From: Gemmatimonadota bacterium
Lineage (GTDB): Bacteria; 4572-55; J002
DNA: 41,503 bases
Assembly (NCBI GenBank): GCA_003697105.1
Contig: RFFQ01000046.1
Location: 1-41,503, forward strand
Direction: 5' to 3'
The notes below the pieces were generated by a model that saw only the letters and a list, made by a program, of their open reading frames with translations, was not told where the DNA came from and made no database searches. The translations under genes were made by a program, and so were the position numbers. Shown here in pieces: positions 33,693 through 41,503 of this stretch. Numbering within the stretch: position 1 is the stretch's first letter; the number at the start of each line of letters is the position of its first letter.

Positions 33693-36401
33693 TTATACGG
33701 CTCGTGCCAGTTCAAACCGTTTTCGGTACTTACGCTCCAAGGTATGTCGTAGGACATGGTTTGCCGGATGTGCCAATTCGGGGTCTGTCGCTACGACCTT
33801 AAACGCCAATTCGCGAGCGAGGAACAACACACCCGCATCTTCCACCAAATCCGCGACGTTCATTTCCGGCAGACCCGATTGCCGGGTACCGAAAAACTCC
33901 CCGGGACCCCGAATTTTCAAGTCCGCTTCCGCGATTTTGAAGCCATCGGTGGTTGAGGTCATAATTTCCAAGCGTTGCCGGGCAGTTTCACTCACCGGAT
34001 GGGAAGCAACTAAAATACAGTATGATTGGTAATTTCCCCGACCGACGCGCCCCCGCAACTGGTGCATCTGCGTTAAGCCAAACCGTTCGGCATTCTCGAT
34101 CACCATCACGGAGGCATTGGGCACATCGACCCCCACTTCAATCACGGTTGTGCTGACTAAAATGTGGTAGTGTTTCGCCAGAAATAACTCCATGATTTCG
34201 TCTTTTTCTTCCGCAATCATCCGCCCGTGTAACAGGGCGACCCGGAATGGCTTGAACTGAGGCTGTTTCCGGATGGCGTCTGCCATTTCGGTGGCAGCTT
34301 TCAAGTCCATTTTTTCCGACTCCTCCACGAGGGGATAGACAAAATACGCCTGCCGCCCCTCTTGCAGTTGTTGCCGCACAAAATCATAGAGTTTTTCCCG
34401 CTGTTGGTTCGTAACCCACGAGGTTTGGATCGCTTGCCGCCCGGGGGGCACCTCATCAATGATCGATACATCCAGATTACCATAGACGGTCATTGCCAAG
34501 GTGCGCGGGATCGGTGTTGCCGTCATTACCAACATATCCGGGTTTTGCCGAACACGTTCGGCATGTGCCAAAATAAAGGAGCGGTACCGGTACGCCGCCT
34601 CTTCCCCCAAAAGGGTCTTGAGACGCTGAATCAACTCACTTTTGAGGATAGGTTCCGTCTGGCACAGAGTTTTAAGCGAGTGGATCACCTCCGGTGGGAT
34701 ACTCCGCGCTTCCAAATCGCTCAGGGTATCAACCGTAAATTGATACGCATCCCGCCGTTCTAACTGATTATCGATCAAAGGCTTATACGTTTTGGCCTCT
34801 TTTGCCCCAATAACGATCTTCAAATAATCCGTAAAATTACGTTTGCTCATGGGTTTATTGATGAGCGCCGCCAGGGTCAATTTGACGTCCTCCGGGAGTG
34901 CGTCTTCTTGCTGCAATACCGCGAGACCGGACTCGGTCAAGATCACCTGTTTAACCTTTTTTAGGCGGGCAAAAATCCAGCTACTAAGCTCCGCTGCCAC
35001 CGGTTTGCCCGCCAAGGCGATCAATGTTTGGGTGAGATCGGCTTCATCGGTAAATGTTTGCCCTTTCAGGGTCGAAAGTTGGTCGAGCACTGCCGGTTCA
35101 ATCCGCAACCGCGCTAATTGCTGGAGGGTTTCGGGGGTGATCCGGTACAAAACCGACTTTTCGCGCAAGGCGGCACGTTGAATGACCCCGAAGCGGTGTT
35201 GTTCATCGATCACCACAAAACCGAGGTTGTGAAATTCGAGGGATTCTTGAATCAAAGCATGTGTGCCAACGACAATATCCGCGGCACCGGTCGCAATCTC
35301 GGAATAAGTAAGATCACGCTCCGTTTTGGTCAGCCCGCCGATGAGGCGCACCACTTTGACCCCGAGGTCATAGGAGGCAACCATCGCGGAAATCTTGCGG
35401 AAATGTTGCTCTGCTAGAATTTCCGTTGGTGCCATAATCGCCGCTTGGTAGCCATTTTCTACCGCGATGAGCATCACCAACACCGCCACAATGGTCTTCC
35501 CGGCGCCAACATCTCCTTGAAGCAAACGGTTCATCGCGTTTTCACTACGCATATCCGCCACAATTTCACGGATGGCACGTTTTTGGGCGCGGGTCAACTC
35601 AAACGGTAACGAATCGACCAACTTCCGTGAGAGAGTTCCCCCCTCGGGGAACTGGATCGCTCGGCAATCTTTCGTGGAAAGGCTAAACTCCCGTTTTTGT
35701 AAAGCGAGCATCAATTCCAAATAAAAAAGTTCCTCAAAAGCCAATCGATCATGTGCTTGCTCTTGCAACGCCATGGAATCCGGGTAGTGAATGTGCTTTA
35801 CCGCCGCTTTCAAACTCATCAGATTTGCCGCTTTTAGTACATAAGTGGGGATCGATTCCTCAACATGGGCAAGATAGTGATCCACCGCATATTTCATAAT
35901 TTTGCGGACGTGTTTTTGGTACAATCCGGCAACAAGGGGATAGATTGGTACAATTCGCCCCGCATGGAGGGCTTCTTCTTTACCGGAGATCACCTCACAT
36001 TCGGGATGGATCATACTGAGCGCACCCCGAAATTCATTGACCTTCCCACTGACCAACACTTCATCGCCAATCTCAAACTGGTTGTAGATATACTTGGCAT
36101 TAAAAAAGTTACAAGCGAGGAATGCACTTTCATCGGTGATCATCACAGTGAACATTTCCCCACGGGAGGTTTGTTTTTTCGCAAAAGAGTGTACGGCGCC
36201 GCAGATGGTTGCCTCTTCCCCATCCTCCAAATCGATAATGCGTTGCAGGGTACTCCGATCCACATAGCGGCGGGGCACATAGGAGAGTAGCAGGTCTTCC
36301 ACCGTGAAAATCCCCATTCCGTTGAAAAGCTCCGCGCGGCGGGGTCCAACCCCCTTTAGGTACATGATGTTATCGGTGATTTTGGGTTCAGGTCTGCTCA
36401 T
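33693..36401 (-). CDS. recG: ATP-dependent DNA helicase RecG with ~200 aa insertion
   Basis: LKGVGP, wedge/OB region, LLQGDVGAGKT, MAPTEILAEQH, IDEQHRFGV, MTATPIPRTL, HQLRGRVGRG, DLKIRGPGE. Confidence 0.97.
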   Translation of the reverse strand: MSRPEPKITDNIMYLKGVGPRRAELFNGMGIFTVEDLLLSYVPRRYVDRSTLQRIIDLEDGEEATICGAVHSFAKKQTSRGEMFTVMITDESAFLACNFFNAKYIYNQFEIGDEVLVSGKVNEFRGALSMIHPECEVISGKEEALHAGRIVPIYPLVAGLYQKHVRKIMKYAVDHYLAHVEESIPTYVLKAANLMSLKAAVKHIHYPDSMALQEQAHDRLAFEELFYLELMLALQKREFSLSTKDCRAIQFPEGGTLSRKLVDSLPFELTRAQKRAIREIVADMRSENAMNRLLQGDVGAGKTIVAVLVMLIAVENGYQAAIMAPTEILAEQHFRKISAMVASYDLGVKVVRLIGGLTKTERDLTYSEIATGAADIVVGTHALIQESLEFHNLGFVVIDEQHRFGVIQRAALREKSVLYRITPETLQQLARLRIEPAVLDQLSTLKGQTFTDEADLTQTLIALAGKPVAAELSSWIFARLKKVKQVILTESGLAVLQQEDALPEDVKLTLAALINKPMSKRNFTDYLKIVIGAKEAKTYKPLIDNQLERRDAYQFTVDTLSDLEARSIPPEVIHSLKTLCQTEPILKSELIQRLKTLLGEEAAYRYRSFILAHAERVRQNPDMLVMTATPIPRTLAMTVYGNLDVSIIDEVPPGRQAIQTSWVTNQQREKLYDFVRQQLQEGRQAYFVYPLVEESEKMDLKAATEMADAIRKQPQFKPFRVALLHGRMIAEEKDEIMELFLAKHYHILVSTTVIEVGVDVPNASVMVIENAERFGLTQMHQLRGRVGRGNYQSYCILVASHPVSETARQRLEIMTSTTDGFKIAEADLKIRGPGEFFGTRQSGLPEMNVADLVEDAGVLFLARELAFKVVATDPELAHPANHVLRHTLERKYRKRFELARAV

Positions 36402-36448
36402 AATGGTATGGAAACGTCAAAGTTCGCTGGATATGGACGGTGCGGATA

Positions 36449-36477
36449 ACTCTACACAAATTTGGAGTAATTGTCAA
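36449..36477 (-). promoter_or_regulatory. Candidate sigma-70 promoter for recG
   Basis: TTGACA-N17-TAGAGT on the minus strand. Confidence 0.55.
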
Positions 36478-36498
36478 TTCCGGTTTTGGAAAACGTTG

Positions 36499-36527
36499 TT
36501 GAAAAATTAGGCTGAATATGATATATT
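36499..36527 (+). promoter_or_regulatory. Candidate sigma-70 promoter for the phosphatase-mgtE-thiL-prmC operon
   Basis: TTGAAA-N17-TATATT with extended -10 TG; divergent from the recG promoter. Confidence 0.55.
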
Positions 36528-36576
36528 GAAGCCAACTCATAAACTACTTTTGAGTCTCAACATGAAGGAAAGGGAA

Positions 36577-37062
36577 ATGCCTTATACAATTTTGTTTGTG
36601 TGCAGTGGCAATACCTGCCGCAGTCCGATGGCAGAAGGAATTCTGCGTGATTTTCTGATCGACAAATATGGGGATCGAGTGGTTGTAAAATCCGCCGGAA
36701 CACTGGGTATTGTCAATTCGCCGGCGGCAAGTATGGCCATTCAGGTTTGCCGGGAATTGGAAGTGGATATTTCAGGGCATTTGTCACAGGGGCTTACCCC
36801 GGAACTGGTTGCCGAAGCCGATCTGATCCTGTGCATGGCATACCATCACAAGTCGGATGTCTTGGCGTTGTTTCCCGAAGCGCGTTCTAAAACCTATCTG
36901 CTGAAGGAGTTTGCCCAATCCGCCGACACCAATTTGGAAGTGGATGACCCCATCGGCGGGAGTTACACCGTTTATAAACGCAGTCGAGACGACATCTACG
37001 AGCATATTAAAGCCGCCTTACCGGAGATCGAAGCCCGAATTGAGGCGGCGGAGAAGCTCTAA
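36577..37062 (+). CDS. Low-molecular-weight protein phosphatase (YwlE-like arginine/tyrosine phosphatase)
   Basis: FVCSGNTCRSPMAEG P-loop, DPIGG. Confidence 0.93.
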   Translation: MPYTILFVCSGNTCRSPMAEGILRDFLIDKYGDRVVVKSAGTLGIVNSPAASMAIQVCRELEVDISGHLSQGLTPELVAEADLILCMAYHHKSDVLALFPEARSKTYLLKEFAQSADTNLEVDDPIGGSYTVYKRSRDDIYEHIKAALPEIEARIEAAEKL

Positions 37063-38421
37063 ATGACCCCAGAATCCGTCGATATCCGGAAATTAGCGCA
37101 GAATGTCGAAGCACTAGTTGACCGGCACGAGGAAGATCGAATTCCAGAACTTCTGGACGGGGTACATCCGGCAGATATTGCGGAAATTTCCGAACGTTTA
37201 GATGCCGAAGACCAAAAAGCGCTCTTTGAGAATTTAGATGTTGAAGTTGCCTCCGATGTCCTCCCGGAAATTTACGAGGATGCGCAAGAAGATTTACTGG
37301 AACATCTGGAAGCCGAGCAACTTTCCGGAATTCTGGGCGAAATGGAAGATGACGAGATCGTCGATTTGCTCGATGGGTTAGAGGTAGCCAAGCAGGAAAA
37401 AATCTTGGCGCTGTTCGACCCCGAAGATGATCTGAACCTGCGCCGCTTGCTGGAATATCCAGAAGATACCGCCGGTGGGCGGATGACCACCTCCTTTATC
37501 GCGCTCCACCAAGATCAAACGGTACGCGACGCCATCCGGGCAATCCGGGCGGAAGTAGAAGAGGCGGAGGATTATAATTTTATCTATGTGGTAGATAGTG
37601 CCAAACGGCTGGTTGGCTTGGTCTCTATGGTGGATTTGATCCTGCATAAACGCGGCACTACCTTGAAAACCATCATGGAGCCAGACCCCATCCGGGTCAC
37701 CACGGATCAGGATCAAGAAGACGTCGCCAATATCGCTAAAAAATACAATTTGCCAGTGGTGCCCGTAGTTGACGCCGCCGGACGGTTGGTTGGACGTATC
37801 ACGCTGGATGATATTCTGGAAGTTCTCGCGGAAGAAGCCGCCGAGGATATTTCATTTCTGGCAGGGACACACGAAGATGAGGAAGCCCACCGCTCGATGA
37901 TCCGGATTGCCGGAGTGCGACTGCCGTGGCTAGTCCTTGGGCTTTTCGGAGAAATTCTGGCAGCAATGGTCATGAGCCGCTTTGAAAGTACGCTGGAGAC
38001 CATCCTGTCACTCGCCTTTTTCATCCCGGTCATTATCGCACTGGGTGGAAGTACGGGGATGCAATCCACGGCCATCGTCATCCGCGACCTTGCCACAGGA
38101 GAAATCACCCTTCGAGACACCTTGCCCCGCGTCCTGCGGGAGATCGGCATCGGCATTATCAATGGGATTGCCTGTGGGCTGTTGATTATGCTGGTGGCGT
38201 ATCTGTGGCAAGGCAACCCCCGGTTAGGGGTCGTCATTGGGTTGGCAATGCTCGCCGTGGTAGTGATTGCTTCCAGTGTAGGCGCCATCGTACCGCTCTT
38301 GCTGAAACGGTTCAACGTTGACCCAGCTATCGCAACGGGACCATTTGTGACGACTTCCAATGATGTGCTGGGGATTTTTATCTATCTCGGTTTAGCCACC
38401 CTGTTTATGCGGTGGTTGTAA
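37063..38421 (+). CDS. mgtE: Magnesium transporter MgtE
   Basis: HPADIAE N-domain, YPEDTAGGRMT CBS pair, RLPWL, GGSTGMQS, DPAIATGPFVTTSNDV. Confidence 0.96.
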   Translation: MTPESVDIRKLAQNVEALVDRHEEDRIPELLDGVHPADIAEISERLDAEDQKALFENLDVEVASDVLPEIYEDAQEDLLEHLEAEQLSGILGEMEDDEIVDLLDGLEVAKQEKILALFDPEDDLNLRRLLEYPEDTAGGRMTTSFIALHQDQTVRDAIRAIRAEVEEAEDYNFIYVVDSAKRLVGLVSMVDLILHKRGTTLKTIMEPDPIRVTTDQDQEDVANIAKKYNLPVVPVVDAAGRLVGRITLDDILEVLAEEAAEDISFLAGTHEDEEAHRSMIRIAGVRLPWLVLGLFGEILAAMVMSRFESTLETILSLAFFIPVIIALGGSTGMQSTAIVIRDLATGEITLRDTLPRVLREIGIGIINGIACGLLIMLVAYLWQGNPRLGVVIGLAMLAVVVIASSVGAIVPLLLKRFNVDPAIATGPFVTTSNDVLGIFIYLGLATLFMRWL

Positions 38422-38479
38422 TTCGTTCAGTGCCATACTGTTATCGATATATACGTTCCATCTTTAATTGAGGGCTTTT

Positions 38480-39490
38480 ATGAACCTAAAAACCTTAGGT
38501 GAATTCAATTTTATCGATCTAATTAAAGAAAAAGCAATTGTCCATCCGGACCATGTCATTACTGGGATTGGGGATGACAGCGCCATTTTCCAATCGGATC
38601 GAAACCGGGTGAACGCGATCAGCACGGATACCTTAGTGGAAGGCATCCATTTTGTGCGGGATCAGGTCACGCCGTATGATGTCGGGTTGAAAGCGCTGGC
38701 AGTCACCCTGTCCGATTTAGCGGCGATGGGGGCACGTCCGGCTCATGCGCTGATGAACCTCTCCGTACCGCCGGATATTGAACTGGCGTATCTGGAGCAA
38801 CTCTTTGCCGGTTTTTATGATTTAGCACTGATCTACAACATCAATCTCATCGGCGGTGATCTGACCGCCTCCCGGCGGGACATTACCATCAGCGTCACAG
38901 TGGTCGGGGATGTCTCGCGGCGCCGTGCGTTGCACCGTAACGGCGCCCAACCCGGGGATAAACTGTTGGTAACCGGTACGCTCGGCAATAGTGCTGCCGG
39001 ACAGATGCTCTTAAGTAAATCACTTGAATTTACCAATGAATCCGCCCGAGAACGGCTGATCAAAGCGCATACCCAACCCAAGCCGTACATCTTTGAAGGC
39101 GAATTCATCGCGGAAAGTGGATGCGCCACCAGCATGATTGATATTAGTGACGGGCTGAGCTCTGACCTCAATCACATTGTGAACCAAAGCCAAGTCAGCG
39201 CCCAAATTTACGCCAGTAAATTACCTAGTTCCGATGAACTCCGTTCGTTTTGCGATGCGACCGGTACGAATCCACTGGAGTTGCTGTTGCATGGCGGAGA
39301 AGAATATTCATTGCTATTTTCGCTCAAACCGGTTCAAGCCGACCTGTTTATTGCCAGCTACCAGCACCGGTTTAATAGCCACATCACGGTCATCGGTGAA
39401 ATCGTGGAGGGCTACGGTATGCAGTTGATCGACGCCACCGGTAAATCCACGGAGATTGAACCCGCAGGCTGGGACCATTTTGCGCCATGA
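38480..39490 (+). CDS. thiL: Thiamine-monophosphate kinase
   Basis: GEFNFID, GIGDDSA, DTLVEGIHF, SDLAAMGA, IGGD, IDISDGL, GGEEY. Confidence 0.96.
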   Translation: MNLKTLGEFNFIDLIKEKAIVHPDHVITGIGDDSAIFQSDRNRVNAISTDTLVEGIHFVRDQVTPYDVGLKALAVTLSDLAAMGARPAHALMNLSVPPDIELAYLEQLFAGFYDLALIYNINLIGGDLTASRRDITISVTVVGDVSRRRALHRNGAQPGDKLLVTGTLGNSAAGQMLLSKSLEFTNESARERLIKAHTQPKPYIFEGEFIAESGCATSMIDISDGLSSDLNHIVNQSQVSAQIYASKLPSSDELRSFCDATGTNPLELLLHGGEEYSLLFSLKPVQADLFIASYQHRFNSHITVIGEIVEGYGMQLIDATGKSTEIEPAGWDHFAP

Positions 39491-40350
39491 GACTGATTGA
39501 CGCTCTGAATAGCGCTACAGAACGTTTCGCAACTGCCGGAATTGATGCCCCGCGCGATAATGCGGAACAACTGTTGTGCGCCGTGCGAAATTGTCCCCGC
39601 AGTGACCTGTTTGTGCACGCCACTCAGACCTTAACAGATGCCGAACTACAGCAATTTCAAACCTATGTAACCCAGCGCCTGACTCGCAAACCGTTACAGT
39701 ACATTGTGGGTCGGGTGTCATTTTATAGCGTGACATTAACGGTTACACCGGCAGTTCTGATTCCCCGCCCAGAAACAGAATTGCTGGTTGAAGCCGTCCT
39801 TCAGCGGCTACCATCAGGCACCGTGAGAGTCGCGGATATTGGAACGGGTAGTGGCGCCATTGCCCTCGCAATTGCAGACCAACGTCCCGATGCCGAAATT
39901 TTTGCCACGGATATTTCTGAAACGGCTCTAACCGTCGCCCGTGAAAATGCGGTGCAAACGGGTTGTAAATCTCGCATCCATTTTGTGCGGGGGGATTTGC
40001 TCTCCCCATTTACGCCCTCCTTTTGGCAATCCTTTGATGCCATTGTTAGCAATCCACCGTATGTGGCGAAACATGAGCGGGATCAACTCGCCCCGGAGGT
40101 GATCCAGTATGAGCCACACCAAGCGTTGTTTTCGGGGCAATGCGGTACATCTCATCACCAGCAGTTGATCGATGGCGGCTGGCGTTACCTTAAACCCGGT
40201 GGCATTTTGGCGCTGGAAATGGGACACGGACAAGCACCCACCCTGAGCCGTCTGGCAAACGCTACCGGGCACTACCGGTCGCTCACCATTCTACCGGATT
40301 ACAACGGGATTGACCGCATTTTTATTGGGAAAATACGGGAACCAGATTAA
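39487..40350 (+). CDS. prmC: Release factor glutamine methyltransferase
   Basis: PLQYIVG, LIPRPETE, DIGTGSGAIA, SNPPY. Confidence 0.96.
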   Translation: MRLIDALNSATERFATAGIDAPRDNAEQLLCAVRNCPRSDLFVHATQTLTDAELQQFQTYVTQRLTRKPLQYIVGRVSFYSVTLTVTPAVLIPRPETELLVEAVLQRLPSGTVRVADIGTGSGAIALAIADQRPDAEIFATDISETALTVARENAVQTGCKSRIHFVRGDLLSPFTPSFWQSFDAIVSNPPYVAKHERDQLAPEVIQYEPHQALFSGQCGTSHHQQLIDGGWRYLKPGGILALEMGHGQAPTLSRLANATGHYRSLTILPDYNGIDRIFIGKIREPD

Positions 40351-40407
40351 CGTGACAATGCACGGCAGGTATTCTGGCAACCAACCACCCCACCGTGGAG
40401 CTTAAAT

Positions 40408-41364
40408 GTGACACCATTGCGTGCCTATTACCGTATTTGGGGATACTGGTCTAAAAAATTGAAGGGTCACCCGGATCGAGCTAAATTTATGGCGTTAAAG
40501 TTCGTTGAAATATTGATTTTTGCCCTTTCCCCAGATGCACCACCGCCAGACCGCCCACCCTATAAACCTTTCCCCCCCGCAACGAAAAATGCCGTGCCCG
40601 AATCACCCACAATCGCGCTGGTTGTGCCCTGTTACATAAAAGATGAAATGGGTAAACAGCAGTTAGAGATGCTAATAAGGACAATCCAACAGCAAACTAG
40701 ACAACCCGATTGGATTATTTTAGTCGATGATGCTTCACCGTTTAGCTATGATCTGGATTCCCCTGTTGAGATCATCCGTCTTGCCCCAAATGGAGGACCT
40801 GCCCGTGCCCGAAACGCCGGTAAAGCGCGGGCAGAAGAACTGGGTGCGGACATCATTGCCTTTACCGATAGCGATTGCCGGTTAAGTCCAACGTGGGTTG
40901 AAACAATTATTGAGGCATTTCAAACTAGCCGGGAATTTCAAATATTATCGGGAAATACCCTTTCCTATGGCAACTCGTGGTTTGACAACTATCATGAGAT
41001 TAACGGAACGTTAAACGGGAGACAATTCAAGGATTCTAACCGGCTTCTTTATGGCACCACAGCAAATTTGGCAATCACCCGCAACGTCAATCAACAGATA
41101 GGTTTTAACGATAAATTTCCATCTGCGGCAGGTGAAGATATTGAATTTTGCTTTCGGGCAAATGAGTTTGGATATGCCATCGGCTACATCCCAGCGATGG
41201 TTGTGTATCATGATTTTAATTACTCGAATTCGTTACAGGATAATCTTCAAAAGTTCGTCAACTTATTCCGTAAATACGCCGCCGGACAACCTCGACTTCT
41301 CAAGATTATTCCGAATTATTACGATTATCTGGATAAGACAGAAGGCATTCGAAGAGAACATTGA
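40408..41364 (+). CDS. Glycosyltransferase family 2
   Basis: VVPCY, ILVDDAS, NGGPARARNAG, AFTDSDC, GEDIEF; start codon uncertain. Confidence 0.88.
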   Translation: MTPLRAYYRIWGYWSKKLKGHPDRAKFMALKFVEILIFALSPDAPPPDRPPYKPFPPATKNAVPESPTIALVVPCYIKDEMGKQQLEMLIRTIQQQTRQPDWIILVDDASPFSYDLDSPVEIIRLAPNGGPARARNAGKARAEELGADIIAFTDSDCRLSPTWVETIIEAFQTSREFQILSGNTLSYGNSWFDNYHEINGTLNGRQFKDSNRLLYGTTANLAITRNVNQQIGFNDKFPSAAGEDIEFCFRANEFGYAIGYIPAMVVYHDFNYSNSLQDNLQKFVNLFRKYAAGQPRLLKIIPNYYDYLDKTEGIRREH

Positions 41365-41503
41365 AAGCATTGAAAGACAAAATAAAGCACTACTTTTTGA
41401 CTCGTAAAATTTATATCTCGTTCCATAGTACACGACAAAACTTGAAAAAAAGTCCACTTTCTTCTACTTTCTAGAACAATCCGCTCCTTTTCTCGTTCTA
41501 AAT

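Noticed and set aside
34545-35150. Intein in RecG
   Set aside because: No C-terminal His-Asn followed by Cys/Ser/Thr, no LAGLIDADG or Hint motifs; the insert is helical repeats.
37713-38360. 215 aa minus-strand ORF
   Set aside because: Antisense to the well-supported mgtE membrane domain.

Overview
Bacterial genomic window of roughly 50% GC, probably a diderm; dense D-[S/T]-x motifs in the exported proteins hint at an FCB-like lineage, but taxonomy cannot be fixed from sequence alone. The left third (1-14700, minus strand) is a four-gene cell-surface operon: a small secreted DUF11-like single-domain protein, a ~1075 aa secreted multi-DUF11/Ig protein, a ~2740 aa protein (pilin-like N-terminus, DUF11 repeats, two OmpA/MotB-type peptidoglycan-binding domains, large beta-barrel), and a lamin-tail-domain/DUF11 protein cut by the window edge (absent from the ORF track). 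It has a candidate sigma-54 promoter with IHF-consensus sites. The main finding is split DUF11 domains: two proteins begin with an orphan AGTxIxN strand pair and two end in domains lacking exactly those strands. This suggests a head-to-tail, strand-complemented and possibly isopeptide-crosslinked fibre anchored or exported by the giant barrel protein. The rest is mostly housekeeping: dxr, Zn-dependent dehydrogenase, 3'-5' exonuclease, CNNM protein, SixA-like phosphatase, aldo/keto reductase, M20 peptidase, ABC/NatB-CPBP, two tandem HAMP-GAF-PP2C phosphatases, DivIVA, yggS, recG, LMW phosphatase, mgtE, thiL, prmC and a GT2. Other oddities are a ~200 aa triple-repeat insertion in RecG, a retropepsin-like gene lacking its catalytic Asp, and a decayed IS1-like transposase fragment. 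No rRNA, tRNA or CRISPR array was seen.
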